DNA from: the human T2T-CHM13v2.0 reference genome, Homo sapiens
Length of the DNA: 64,000 nt
Assembly: GCF_009914755.1 (NCBI RefSeq)
Contig: NC_060929.1
Strand: one strand, 5' to 3'
Positions 41,349-56,230 of this stretch are shown in pieces; positions within the stretch are counted from its first letter, which is position 1; each line of letters starts with the position of its first letter. The notes beneath the pieces are model-generated. The model saw nothing but the letters and a program-made list of their open reading frames with translations. It had not been told where the DNA came from and did not search any database. A program made the translations under genes and the position numbers.

Positions 41349-41769
41349 CCCAGTGACTCTCTGACTGATCTTTTCTAAAACTGGAGACACTTTATTTCTC
41401 ATCATTGTATAAAGAAGTCTACAGCTAGAAGTTTCTAAGATCTATTATTGTGGACAATAGAAAAGCATTTGTTAATACAGAAACTGGATATATTTAGATG
41501 TAGAACAAGAAGTCTCTGTGTTCAAATAGCCATTGGATTGGCCCTTATAGCCTGCTTGGGGTGCAACATTTTCAAAATAAAGAGAAGGAAGGTAGAATCC
41601 AGGCAAAAGAAATCCACATTATTATGAACTTGGGACACATAAACTCTACATCCAAGGAAACTGATTTATATAAATTGGTAGAGAAAAAAACTGAAGATGC
41701 ACTATGATGGAGTACAATAAGGATAATGTGTCACCTTTCCTTTTTTTAGTTAGAGCCACGTAACTGGAG

Positions 41770-42300
41770 TAGTATTTCCCAGAGTGTGGTCCACAGACCA
41801 TTTATTTTAGAATCACCTATGATGGTTGTTTAAATTGCAGATTCCTGGGCTTCTAAAGTAGAATCCCCAGGGAGTAAATATACCTTACTAATAAGCTTCT
41901 CCGGTAGTATTCATTCCCAAAAAGTTTGAGAACCACTGACACATGGTTAGGAATGCAGACTTTGAACAATCTGTGTTCAAATCTCACCTCTTTTTTTGTA
42001 ACTCTGAGGGAGAGAACATTGGCTATTTTGCTCCTGCAGAATCCCCAGCACCTAGAACAGTGCCTGGCTTGTAGCTGGTGCTCCAAAAACATTTGTTGAA
42101 TGAAGAATGAATGAATGACCCAGGGCAACAGTTTTAATTTCACTAATTTTCTTAGAAGAAAAAAAATTAGGAAAATAGCCCCTATCTTACAGGGCTAACG
42201 TAAGAAGGAACTGACTTAATAACGTGTGTCCGACAGCACCGTGCCTGGTACACAAGAAGTGCACAGCTCACAATGGGTGACCTTGGCATTGCTGTTGCTA
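41770..42300. mobile_element. MER5 (41770-41938), then a MIR split by an L2 tail (+ 42000-42118)
   Basis: gtttgagaaccactg end; cccagcacctagaacagtgcctggc...ttgttgaatgaagaatgaatga. Confidence 0.7.
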
Positions 42301-43039
42301 TGGCTATTACAAAGGTGCTTCTGACAGCAGCAATGATCCTCTCAGAGAAACTTAGAAGCTGGAATATGTGTTCTCTATATGCTTGCTGGATAGATGTTGG
42401 TTGAGCATTTTCAGTATTTATTAGAAAAATATATTTCTCGAGAATGTCCAAATAATTTTCTTTTCAAGTGAGGCTATGAGGAAGTCAAAGCACTGTGACA
42501 TAAGGAAATATCCTTTGTGTGCATGATCTTATTTCTCCTCTGCTATAGCCTGTCCTTTTCTTTATTCTCAAAATAAAGAATTCTGATATTTCTGGCCAGA
42601 AATTTCTGAATGTTGGCTGGCTTCAGGAATGAAAGATGAGCCAACTGCTTTAACAGCAATTTTGAAAGTACTTTGAAAAAAAACTTAAAATAATTTAGAT
42701 TGAAAATAAAAATTTATTTAAAAATAATTCAGATTAGAATGTTCTCTGTAAATGCAAAGTAGCAGTGGTATTTGGAAAAACACTTTGTGCAATTTAATGA
42801 CTTCTCTACATAGCAAATATTAGAGACAGTGACATTTAATTTGACTTAGAACTTAATTAATATAGGATATATTCATTATCCTGATCACACTGCCGATTGC
42901 ATAGGTGAGGTGATTTTAAAATAGGTTCTCAAAAAATCTTGACATTCTTGCCTTCAAGAAGTAGAACTGAATTTCTCTTCCTTTCACTACAGGCTGAACT
43001 TAGTGACTTGCTCCGAACAGGATAAAGAAGTGGTGACAT

Positions 43040-43649
43040 GGCCGGGCGCGGTGGCTCACACCTGTAATCCCAGAACTTTGGGAGGCCGAGGCGGGTGGAT
43101 CACGAGGTCAGGAGTTTGAGACAAGCCTGGCCAACATGGTGAAACCCCGTCTCTACTAAAAATACAAAAAATACTAGCTGGGCGTGGTGGTGGGCACCTC
43201 AGTCCTCAGGAGACTGAGGCAGGAAAATAGCTTGAACCCCAGAGGCAGAGACTGCACTGAGCTGAAATCACTCCACTGCGCTACAGCCTGGGCGACAGTA
43301 TGAGACTCCGTCTCTATCTTTTTTTTTTTTTTTTTTAGACAGAGTCTTGCTGTGTTACCCAGGCTGGAGTGCAGTGGCATGATCTTGGCTCACTGAACCT
43401 CCCAGGTTCAAGGGATTCTCCTGCCTCAGCCTCCCAAGTAGCTGAGATTACAGGCACCTGCCACCACACCTGGCTAATTTTGTATTTTTAGTAGTGACGG
43501 GGTTTCACCATGTTGGTCAGGCTGGTCTCGAACTCCTGACCGCGGGTGATCCATCCACCTCAGCTTCCCAAATTGCTGGGATTACAGGCATGAGCCACCA
43601 CACCCGGCTGACTCTGTCTCAAAAAAAAAAAAAAAAGAAAAAGAAAAAA
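43040..43649 (+). mobile_element. AluS host element (body 43040-43314; displaced end and poly-A 43610-43649)
   Basis: ggccgggcgcggtggctcac start; TSD aagaagtggtgaca / aaaaagtgatgata. Confidence 0.93.
43319..43609 (-). mobile_element. AluS inserted antisense into the 3' end of the host Alu
   Basis: Poly-T plus reverse dimer; TSD gactccgtctc / gactctgtctc. Confidence 0.93.
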
Positions 43650-44614
43650 GTGATGATAGCCTTTGGAGCCGAAGTCATGACAGGTACTGTGGTTTCCTTT
43701 AGGCTTGTTCTCTTTTGTATCACTCACTCTGGAGGAAATTACCATGTCGTGAAGGCATTTAAGCAATCTAAGGCCTCTTGTCCACAGCAAGCAAAAACCT
43801 GAGGCCTCTTGCCACTAGCCATGAGAATGAACCATGATGGAGTCAAGTCCTCCAGCCTCATTCAAACCTTCAGACGTCTGCAGCACCCTGGCATCCTGGC
43901 TAGAGCCTTATGAAAGGTCCGGAGCCTGGGCCACCCAGCTAAGCCACTCCCATATCCCTGACCAACAGAACCTGTGAAATAGCAAGTACTTCTTGTTTTA
44001 AGCCACTAATTTTGTGGATAATTTGTTACACAGAAATAGGTAACAATACACCAGATGTATATATGTGTAACATTTATCCAATTATATATTTTAAATATGA
44101 CCAGTTTATTATTTGCCAGTTATAACTAAAAGCTAAAAATGCAAAAGATACGTCGCAGAATTAAAGTACTATGATCTATTACTATAGGAGTATTTGGCTC
44201 TTTTAAGAAGACAATGTGCAGATTAGAGTCATGTATAGAACTAGATTTTTGGTAAAACAGACAAAAAACATTCCAGGAAAGAATGATGTGACCTGTTAAC
44301 TACACATTAGAAATAAACATTCAGCTATTATTGCTGGATTCATACTTCTGTTGATTGTCAATATCTTTTCCTTATTCAACTCAACAACCTATAATAGCCT
44401 AAAAAGAAACTGTGGACACTAGACAATTTCTAGCTAACAGTAGTGGAGATGCTTTAAATTGAATACAATCCATTTCTGACTATAGTAACTAATGGAGGCA
44501 AGAAACAGCTCTAGGACAACACAGAAAATTAGGTTTGATTTTGAAGAAGGAGAATGGCATGGGAAGGAAATACTGTATTTATAATGAAATGTATATGTAT
44601 ATAATTTGAATACA

Positions 44615-44830
44615 CACAGAGAGAGAAATGAGGAGACAGAAAGAGAGGGACAGCAAGACAGAGACAGAGAGAGGCAGGGAGATACAGACAGACAGACAGC
44701 AAGACAGAGAGATACAGAGTGAGATACAGAAACGAGAGACAGCAAGACAGAGCCAGAGAAAGCACATGTGATACAAAGAGCAATAGAGAGAGAGCAGTAG
44801 ATACATACAGCAAAATTGTGGAAGAGAGAC
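44615..44830. repeat. GA/GACA-rich low-complexity tract
   Basis: Direct reading. Confidence 0.8.
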
Positions 44831-44849
44831 AGTTTACAGTTTAAGTAAT

Positions 44850-45400
44850 TTTGTATGTTAGTTTTATTTTTCCACCTCTCATTGTATTATGAGCATCTTC
44901 CCAAGTTATCCCCCACATCAATATTTTTAATAAAAAAAGAGAGAGAAACACAGAGAGACATTATTTTTAATGACTAGATTCCAATGATTTTAGTGTAGAT
45001 ATTATATGTTTATAAGCAGTCCCCTTTTATTCACATTTTGGTTGTTTCTAACTTTTTGGTCATCAGTATGGCTGTGACTTCTAGCTCTCTAGCTAGAGCT
45101 TTGCTCTCTTTAGGACAAATTTCTGAAAGTGAAATTTCACTGTGTACGAACATTTTAAATCTCTTATTACAACTTACCAAATTGCTTTCCAAAAACACCA
45201 CACCAATTTACAGATTCATTGGCATGATATAAAATTCTTGTCTTACCACATTCTTGCCAGGACTGTAGAATTTTTTTAATTGTGCCATTTATTTTTCCTG
45301 AGTTTCTGAAACATTTTAAAAGAGCTTTTTTACCATCCCCACAACTACCTTACACCATTTTTGTTTCCTGCATTGAAAACATTTTCATTTGAAGGTAACT
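44850..45400 (-). mobile_element. L1ME-type fragment
   Basis: ttggttgtttctaac...ttaggacaaatttctgaaagtgaaatt...ccaaattgctttccaaaa. Confidence 0.6.
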
Positions 45401-45859
45401 CCTTTTTTAAGCATGGTAAGGCCTTTTAAACAGCAAGATTAACATTGATTTTCTGTGATTTGACATCAAATAGAAATTAGTAACCAAATCTCAAATAAAC
45501 CATTCAATTAATCAATTTTTCTTAATAAGAGATAAATGTCTAAAATAGGTTTGAATAGAATAACATACAAGAAGTGAAGGCCCAAGGACCAGATTCTCAC
45601 TTGAAACTAAGTATTTAATGAAATCGAAGGTAACACACATAAACTAGAACCACTGAGGAAAAGGTTTCCAGAGCTAGCTCTATGAGAATGCCAAAAGCCT
45701 ATAAGCCCCTTTATACTAGGAAAATTGCATTTAAATTTTAAGAGGCAGTCACATAAAAGACAAGAACCAAAATAAAGTGTGTCTAACAAACTTGAGTTTG
45801 GGGAATGCACAATATTTTTCAACAAGACTGTGGTCATCAGACCTATCACACATTAGTTA

Positions 45860-46330
45860 CATTGTGCTTTACATTGAGTTATTTTGTTCAGTTCTCACCA
45901 AACTCCTAAAATGTAGTCTATCTATATAGCATCATAAATAGTAATATATGAGAAAAATGAGGCTTAGAGAAAGCAAATAACTTGCCCAAAGTGACAGACA
46001 CAGGAGGTAGTAGGGATTGATTTTAAAGCTAGGTCTTTCTGATGCCAAATCCCTCTACTCTTACCTGCACATAGTTATCAAAGACTCAATTCATGGTTTT
46101 ATTAGACTGTTTTCTTTGTTGAAGATACTAGACTGGAGGCGGCATGCCATAGTAAATGAGTGTAGGCTTTGGATTTGGACATCCTTGAATTTGAATCTTG
46201 CCCCTGTAGGCTAGATTCTAATGTCCATGATCTTTGGTTTCCTTATAATAGCATCTCACGTTAGAGTCAGGATGAAGTGATAAAATGCCCAGGACAATGT
46301 GATACTCAATATGTAGTAGCTAATCCTGAA
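45860..46330. mobile_element. Two MIRs (- 45860-46062; + 46135-46330)
   Basis: tgaggcttagagaaagcaaataacttgcccaaagtgacag; ggctttggatttggacatccttgaatttgaatc. Confidence 0.7.
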
Positions 46331-46436
46331 CTTTAAAAAAAAAGTGTTAAAAAATATGTAGTAGGTATTATTATTTGTATATTATTTATATGCCAAGAGG
46401 ACAAGACTGAAAAGGAAATTTTGTACCCAATTGCCA

Positions 46437-46450
46437 CCACCAGAGGGCAG
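46437..46450 (+). promoter_or_regulatory. Candidate CTCF site
   Basis: CCACCAGAGGGCAG fits the CCASYAGRKGGCRS consensus at all positions. Confidence 0.55.
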
Positions 46451-47669
46451 AGTAAAAATTGTTGTGTCTTTCTCTATGTCAGTGTTAAACTAGAACGTGA
46501 TGTGAGAGCATAATTTACACACCACTTACCAATCCTTAGATCCTGAGAGAGGGATCTAATTGACTTAAAAAGATAATAAGCAAAAACATACAAAAGAAAT
46601 ACATGAAGAATAATCTAAATATTATATAAATTCAGTTCATATAATTGATGTATGCAATTATGTAAATATTATTGAAGCAGGAAAGTTTAGCAGTGAGGAA
46701 AAATATAAAGTCATCATGAGAAGATTTTTACTGTTGAAAAAGTAATCAGCAAGGAAAAGTAATATCCTTATAATTATTCTAAAATATGATGTAGGGATAA
46801 AGTGAAGAAATTGGGAGATGGAAAAATTATACTAGTACAGCGCTCTCTCCGTTAAGCAATACAAGTGGAAAAATATTTTCCAGAAATAAAGTGTTAAATC
46901 TGAAAATACCACAGAAGTAAGAACTTGCTGGAGGGATGGAGGCAGGCAACACTCTTACAGACTGAAAGAATTGCTTAAATATAGGTACTCCTGAGTTATC
47001 AAAGATTGCCCAGGGAATATGCTTGCCAAAGAAAATAAAATCAAACATTTCTGACCTCTCTTCAGTGTCTCACCCAGTGGTAACCACTTAACATTAACAT
47101 ATACATTTCCTCCAGAAAGGCAGAGTCTATGGGGAATCGGATGTGTCCGTGGCCAGCTTAATGTTATAGATCTTTTTCAGAAATATCGAATCTATTGACT
47201 GGATTTGATATTGGTTGGAAAGAAACCAATAGCCAATCATTATTAAAAAAGCGTGTTTTACCGATGCTTGACATGTAAATTGGTATTCTGCAAAGTGTGT
47301 TTTGCTTCTTAATTACTTAATCTTTCAAACAAAAATCAAGTCCTAGGTAATTTTTCTACCTTATTAGCTAAGAATGACTTTCGATACAACAGACAAACTC
47401 TCATACCCACTAAACTCAGGACAGCAATGAGGCTAATGGACTTCTGGGAAGACTGCCATGAAAACAGAGCTTCCATTATGTTGTCTGGCCTCACTCCTCC
47501 CATGACTCCTCTCAGGTGTGCAGACACTCTGACACCTCCGACTCCTGTAGGCTTTGCAGGGGGAGCTCCCCAAACTGCTCAATACAAAGCGGAAGTCCAC
47601 TCAATGACCCTTACTGCTCAAAGGCTCACGTCCCCTAGGGATCTTCTCAGTGGCTACCAAATGCCTATC

Positions 47670-48220
47670 TGTGAATCCAACAGGTGCATCAGAATCACGT
47701 GAGTGTGTCTGTGGGAATGGGGAGGAATAGGGATTACTACAATTACACAACATGCCCAGATCCAACCTCAGACCTACTGAGTAGAATCTCCCACACAGGA
47801 TGTCAATAATCTACATTTTTAACTGTTAGATAAATCTCATAAACACCAAATTTCAGAATTGCTGAACAAGATGAGATATAACAAATTGGGTATAATAACA
47901 AGAATACCAAATTTTGTCCAGGGTATACTGTGTGTACAGTAACTTAACATGCATTTTTCCACTGAACCATCACAGCTGTCCCATAAGAAAACCACAACTT
48001 TAAAACCCTACTTGTATCACTTACTTTACATGCATAATCTTTATGTATCCTTTATGAGGTAGGTTCTGTTGGCATCCTTATTGTATAATCTAGACAAGGA
48101 ACCAAGGCTTTAAAGAATGATATGGTTGTTTAAGATTAGATTTGCAAAGTGAGTCAAGGTTTGAATTCAGACTGTCTAATGCCCCAAAACATGATCTTTC
48201 CACCACACAACATTGTCATG
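47670..48220. mobile_element. MER5 (47670-47865) and minus-strand MIR pieces (47890-48220)
   Basis: tgcatcagaatcac...cagacctactgagtagaatctc; aggtttgaattcagactgtctaatgcc. Confidence 0.6.
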
Positions 48221-49412
48221 CTAACTTCTAAGGGGAACAGAGCCAGGCTTTGCCATTTGGGATGAAGAAATTTAAATCCAGAAGGCCTAAGACAACACCA
48301 GGATCCAGCTTATTTTTAAGTATCTGATGTTTCATTACCTTAACATTAACATTTTTTAGAGGCAGATTGAATGTTAGTTAACATTCAGTGAATATTCTAG
48401 AGAAAAAAAATTTATTCAAAGTGAGGCAAAGTTTACTAGTGCTTATCAAACTTTTCCACACAAAGTACCCCTAAACAAAATAAAACGACCAGAGGTATAC
48501 AGGTAATGCAAAATTTACAATCTCCTATTTCGTCTTTAAAATTCTTGTCATTTTGCATTTTGTCCTATATATACATATTTTTTTCCATTAGTTTAGGTTT
48601 GTTCTCCAGAAAGGTGTGCCATCTTTCCCCCCTGAAAATTTGCATATGATTACCTCTGCATGAGAAGCATAGATTTGGGTACTATTCTGTCCAGAGCTAT
48701 TAGTGTTTTAATATCAGACTGAGCCTTACACCGAAAGGATGAATCTCTAACTACAGAGTTGAATATCAATGGTGGGAAGGCAATTTGATGGGCAGATGAA
48801 ATGTTTACATTTCTGTAAAATCATGCAAAGGAGGCTGACACCCACTTTGCCCAAGGGCAAAGCACAAGTTTCATGGGGCTCCAGTGGCTTCTAATTTGGA
48901 GCAAAACTAATTTGGGTAATTATCTAATTTATCTTGATTGACAATTCTGAACTGTTCAGAATGAAATTTTAATATAGCAAAGCTTAATAATATAATTTGT
49001 AAAACCTATTTCAGGCTTTAAGTTTAGGGAGAAATATTCTTGATATTTTGTATATAAGGGACATAGTATCACTGAACATATGGAGGTTGTGAACAAACTA
49101 GCTGTATATTAAAAATATGGTGGGATGTACCCTTTACAATTGAGTTTTACTATGCAATATCATTCAGGTTTTCTAGGTGTAGCCATGTCACCAACTTGCT
49201 GTGTGACCTTAGGAATGTAATATTACCTCCCCAACTCTAATCTATTCATCAAAAATAAGGATTCTGAATCATATAGCTAGGTCTAACGTTCTGTGATTCC
49301 ACAGCCCAGACTTCGCCTTCACTGAAGCTGTAAGAAGATTGGCATAGTATCAGGGAGAATCTCATTAGAAAACTCTCTTTTGACTTTATGCCAAAAGTGA
49401 ACTATCTTTCAC

Positions 49413-49870
49413 TGTATCATTTAGAGTATGTTTGACTGCAAATAACAAAATCTAACTCAAAGTGATTTTAAATATAGATGTTTTTAAAATCCAACATAAC
49501 AAAAATCCCAGAAGTAGGATGGGCTCAGGGCTGGTTGATATAATGGCTTATCAATGTAATTAAGACCCAGGATCTTCTGAACTTTGATGCCTATTCCATC
49601 TATAAGCAGGTAGCCAGATAGCTTCAGTGGAACCAAGCATCACATCCAGATAAAATAGTGCAAGGAAGAAAAGAGAATATCTCCTCTGGGACTTTCTCTT
49701 AAGTGAGAGATCTTTCCTAGAATAAAACCCCCTGACCCCCAACCAGCAGCAGGACCAGGCTTCTTAGGTCTTATTGACCAGAATGTGATTATATATGCTC
49801 TACCTGGAACCCATCACTGTCCAAGAGTCCCCTGGTTGGCTTGGACCAAGCATTTAGAGTGAAATAGATG
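49413..49870 (-). mobile_element. Old MLT1 (J/K/L-like) LTR
   Basis: tgtatcatttagagtatgtttgactgcaaataacaaaatctaactcaaagtgatttta, a reverse MaLR 3' end. Confidence 0.6.
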
Positions 49871-51489
49871 TTGAGGGTCAATTGCAAGCCCACTATATTC
49901 CCCCTCCAGCTCTGCCTTCATCTCTCACATAAGCACTGGCTATCCCGCCATTCCATCTTCTATCAAACAGTAGCTGACAGCTGATACTATGCAATGGCGC
50001 TCAACCCTAGGTGTTCAGGATAGTCAGCCGCTGACTGTTTTTAAAAACACCTAGCCTAGGCTGCACCACAGATAAATTATAGTGGAATTTCTGAGGGTAA
50101 GGGCAGGTGACCCCAGTTTGTCCAGGATTATAGCAGTTAGGGATTGAACCAAGTCTTCTGACTCTTGGTTCAATGATCTTCCACTACTAGCTTCTACTCT
50201 CTTATTCCATGCAGTTCTATATATGTAAAAATGATTGGACTCACTAGACTAATATTCTACAAAGTTTACTTCCTATGAAAATAACAAAACAGGTCAAGTT
50301 TTAGATCAGCGTTTCTCTCCCCTAACTTTTCCTTTTCAGATTTCTTCAGAAATAACTAAAAAGACTGCTATCCAGTTCTGACTTGTGTTTGATAGCCCCC
50401 TAATGTAGTGTTGCAGTAAATGCATCTTTTACCACACACTTTAGCGGAAAGTTCACGTTTTACTACAATCTGATGTATTATGGCATGCATGAATTCACTA
50501 TTTTGTAGTCAAACATTACTGAGTTTTAAAGAATGTTCCTTGTTGTGTTTTAAAATGGATCTCAAGAGCACACAAATTTAAGCCCCTATAGGACAAAGAA
50601 AGAAGCCACACAGCTCCTCCCCTGCTATCTCCTTATGGGGGGAGGCAAAAAGGAATAAGCATTTTAAATCCTAATTTCACTTTAAAGTCAAACAGTTCAA
50701 GAAGTTGGAAGTCAACAATGTTCTTCCCACAACATTTTAAATTTTCAAGATGTTTATTTCAACTCCTGTTTGTTATCACACCTCAAAGTAAGCATGTTTG
50801 CATAAAGATATTGAAAAGGAAGGGAATATCATTTTCAAATCTTTAAATGAAAGTGAAAAGTGCTCAGCCAAATTAGAAATAATAATATAAATAGAAATAA
50901 ACTGGGCAAGGGGGTGCTATTTCATCCATCTAGAAACTGTATCAAGCCAAGAACCCCTTCTGTAAGGAGATGGACTTGTAAAAGGAAAAAACAAACCACC
51001 TCTCAGGCGGGCTCGCCCCAACAGAAGTAGGAGGGAGGAGCATACCTAAGTAAAAAGCCTACTAAATATTTCATAAACCAAGTTTATAAGATTGCTTCTA
51101 TCTTTATAATTTTAATTGCTTCCTGCCTTTCACTTTTCTTTCTTCCTTTTCTCTGTAAAGAAATCGCCCTCCCTCACTCCTGTGGCTTTAACTCTCACGC
51201 CCAAAGCAGCTGCTCCACAAAGTGCTTTACAGCTTGCCGACTTGACCTTTCTTCAGCTCCTCTAATATAACTTTTCTTATTAGCCAACTATTCAATCCAG
51301 CTCTTTCTTGTGATGTTTAAAATTTGTCTCTGTGGTCATAATATCCTCTGGTCAACCAAGCTTGAAGCCATTCATTCCCCAACACCCACTTCTCCTTCAC
51401 CCCTAATACCCAGGTCTCATCGCCTCTACTACTCACATTCTAGGGCAGGAGCAGAACCCAAATTTTAGGCACACGTACCCTGCAGTGAG

Positions 51490-51680
51490 CCTGTCTAATT
51501 CCCATCCAGTGCCCCCAGTTTCCAGATTTGTGACCGTGGGAAAGCTATTTGACTTCTCTGTGGCTCAGTTTCCTCACCTGCAAAGAGAGGTGGTGATACT
51601 TCAATGGGTTGTCCTAAGGATTAAATTAGATACACAGAGCACTAAAAGAGTGGGCACTCAATACATATTTGCTACTATTT
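51490..51680 (+). mobile_element. MIR
   Basis: tgtgaccgtgggaaagctatttgacttctctgtggctcagtttcctcacctgcaaa (MIR core). Confidence 0.8.
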
Positions 51681-52282
51681 TATATTTAGGGCCTTATGTG
51701 TATACATCTTTACCTCTGCACCACCCGCCCAATGGAGTTGCCTTAATTATTCTTCACCACATATCCTATACCTCCCAAAGAATCACCCCTCCATTCCCAT
51801 TCCACTGCTCAGAAATTGTCTGTGGTTCTCAGTTGACAAAGAGGTTTGATCCAGCCTCCATCATCGGCACTTGCCATAGGCTTAGCCTGCAATTCTAGCT
51901 TCGTGCCCCACAACCAACGTTTGCCAACTCCAGCTCCATCAGGCCACGCCCCATTGCTCATTAGATTGCAGCCACCTTCCGTCTTCCTTTCCTCTTCTTC
52001 CTCCCTCCCCACCAAGTCCTTAATTTAACTCTGAGCTATTTCAAATAAATAAATAAATAATCACAGAGAATCATATAACAAATTTACTCTCTATTCAGTG
52101 CTATCAGTTCCAAACATTTTGCACACCAGCTTTAGATCTTTTTAAAGAGAGAAAATGTTACCAAAGTATCTGAAGCACCTGTGTGTCCCTTTCCTGATCC
52201 CATTCCCCTCACAAAGTCCCCAGAGGTAAGCACGATCCTAAATGTGGTGTTTGTGATTCCTGTGTAATTTTTAAGTATTATT

Positions 52283-52592
52283 GTCCATCAAAAGAAAAGC
52301 CTGAGAAACTGTCACAACAAAAGGGGGTCAAAAACGACTGACAAAAAATTAATATGATATCCTAGATGAATCTTGGAACACAAAAAGACATTTAAAAACT
52401 AAACAAATTTGAAAAGTATGGACTTCAGTTTATAATAATGAATAAATATTGGTTCATTAATTGTGACAAATGTGCTCTATTAATGTAAGATACTAATAAT
52501 AGGGGAAACGAGGTGTGGAGTATACAGAAACTGCACTGTCTTCTTAATTTTTCAGTAAGTCTATAACTATTCTAAAATAAGATATTTTTTAA
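52283..52592 (+). mobile_element. L1MC4-like 3' end inside an older minus-strand L1ME
   Basis: atattggttcattaattgtgacaaatgt...taatgtaagatactaataataggggaaac. Confidence 0.75.
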
Positions 52593-52865
52593 ATATATTA
52601 ATACCACCTATATATATAACCGTGAGCATTGTTCTATGTTTTCCAACTCATGTGAATAGTACCATGCATATATTTCGTTATACAACTTATTTTCCATTGG
52701 TTAGTCTCCAATGGCCTACCCCACTTCCATTTTCTGTCCTTCTCCATGATGATGGGCCCCAAAAGAGGAACTCCCATGGACTGCATCTGCAGGCTCCCTT
52801 GTTAGATTGGATTTATCCATTGGAAAGCAAAGGAGATTGAAGAAAGGCAGAAGAGAAAGTATGAT

Positions 52866-53829
<964 letters not shown>

Positions 53830-54149
53830 TCAAGCCTAGAGGCAGTAAACATTTCCTTCTGTTGCTAATTCCCACATGTTTTACTAACTCTCTGGTTCCA
53901 TTCATACAGCCATGCCTCTGCACATGGTCTCTTCATTGAATTACCGTCTGTTAAATGTCATAGGTGTGCCATATTTTCGTGATGGGACCCTGATCTCTCA
54001 CTACAATGTTTTTGTGATATATCCATGTGGATACATGTAGCTCCTAGAATGCCATCATCATCTAATGAAAGAAGTGCTGTCATAGGACTCATTATCACAT
54101 AATGATACCTATAGCTGCTTTGGAAGGAAAATTCATAATCTTGGGTGAA

Positions 54150-56230
54150 GCTGGGGCCAGTCAAGAGTTATTCCAGAAATTCCTCTGGATTCCCATAGCA
54201 CCCTTTTTATACTTGCCACCCCTGTCCTTTTTGCTTTGATGTGTATGTGTGTGCCTCATCTTTCCTAAAAGCAGGAACTATGTCTTTCTGCATCTTTCTG
54301 TAGCAGATCACATTTGTAACCTGAACAATGGCTATCAGTACATCTTTTCCCAACCAGTTTTTCTCCTCGAGTTCTGCCTTTTTATTAATGACACCAAAAT
54401 TCTCCTAGCCACACAATCCTGAAGCCTCAGGCATCTTATATTTTTTCTGACCTTTACCCTGCTAAGTTGCCATTTGCTAAGGACAAGCAGCATCTAAGGC
54501 TCGTGGCCATAAATCCATAGTTCTTCATCACATCCCCTCCTTTCGTCCCCATCATAGCTCCCTTGGTTTAGGCCCCATTAACTTGTCATTAGGTCTGGAA
54601 TAACTCTAGATGGGCCTCAGCTTCATCCAAGATGCTGGATTCCCCTTCCAAAGTAGCTATACACTTCATTATATGGTAATGAATCCTATGACAGCATCTC
54701 TTCCATTAGATGATAATGTCATCCTAGGATAGCATCCCTTTCCAGCTCACACACCTTCAGGGATCAGAACTGACTCCAGAGCTCTCCAGTGAGCATTCAA
54801 ACCCAGTGGGAGCCTGGACCCACTTACTTCTCTCCCTTTCCCCCAACCCTTACAACTGGCCACTGCCTCCTTCTCCAAATATGTCTCATCATTTTCCTGC
54901 ATCTGTCTTTGTTCATACTCGGTCTTTTATTTGGAAGACCTTCCATTGGTGTTGAAATTTTCACTCTGGCTAATATCTTATCAAATGTTACCTACTTGAA
55001 AAACTAGGCATCTCTTCCCATTCCCTTCCCACCTCCACTGCCTGCCATGGAGCCACCATCATTATATTTGGATATCTTCTCTCTCTCCCTGGAATCTTAC
55101 ACACTCAGTAGGTTGTGATTCCTTTTGATTTCTTTTATAACACTTAGCTTATTGTTCCCAGCTTTATGTCAGGTATGAGTTTCTATAAATTCTTTCTATA
55201 GAAGACAGAGACAATGTTTTAATATTTTTAATTCTCCCATGGAAACTACTATCAGATTGTGCATATAATAGATGTTCAATTCATAGAAATTTATAAACAA
55301 GAGAAAGCTGGGAAATAAGAGGAATCTATTGAAGTGGAAGAAATCTTAGAACTGGATGAAATGTTAGAGGTTATCCAATCCAACTCAAAGTCCATTCTGT
55401 CTCTCTCTTCCTTAAATGTTTCAATGTCTCCTTATTATCTTAGAATAAAGTCAAAATTCTCAGTATGGACTGAGATCACCATGATTGGACCCCTGTATCC
55501 CCCAGCCTCGTCCTGGACCACAGCGCCCCTCTGCTCCAAAGCAGCCTTGCCCTTCTTGCACGGCCCTTCATTGTGCTGCTTGTTTGTTCCCTCCTGCTCT
55601 CCTCCTCCAAACTTCAGTAAAATAGCTCACACTCATCTGCAGGTCTCAGCCTAGCTTCACTTCCTTCACTCATTCATTCCACAGTACTCACTAGGTATCT
55701 ACTATGTGCCAGGAACCCTTGTAAACCCTGGGGATGGAGCAGGGGACATAGCACACAAAGATCTCTGCTCCCATGGGACTCACATGCTTGCTTCTGGAAG
55801 TGAGTCTTGCCTCCAACCCCAACATACTCATGCCAGGACTGTTCACCTCTATTAGACACTGTCATCACACTCCAGAGCCCTCCTCTGCAGTACTTACCAC
55901 AATCATAGGTGTTCACTGATTTATGTCATTGATGATTATCTTCCTCAGTAAGCTAAAAGGTTCTTGAGGGCTAGGTCACTGTGTGCTTTCATCGTTTTTA
56001 TGTCAACCACATCAAGCTCAGTGCCAGGCACATGGTAGGTCCTCAGTAAATGTTTTGAATGATAGAATAAAGTAATGAAATTAAGACCTTTGCTATACAG
56101 ATGAGGAAACTACGGTCCTGAACTTGAGGCAGGCTGTGGGTCACCAACCTCTGCCCATAACATAATGAGTTAGGACCAGGATTAGGACCTGGGCTACAGG
56201 ACTCCCATTCCAGTACACATTTCACTTTAA
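54150..56230. mobile_element. Cluster of L2 fragments (mostly +, one - tail at 55665-55790) and MIR pieces
   Basis: cagtgccaggcacatggtaggtcctcagtaaatg tail at about 56020-56070; acagatgaggaaact MIR core at about 56097. Confidence 0.6.

Larger units (their letters stand above)
42903..44050 (+). mobile_element. MLT1F-like LTR interrupted by nested Alus
   Basis: ggctgaacttagtgacttgct...ccacccagctaagccactccc...ttgttacacagaaataggtaacaataca. Confidence 0.8.

Noticed and set aside
51485-51898. 137-aa ORF
   Set aside because: The 5' half is a MIR, it has a GTG start, and there is no recognisable domain or splice context.
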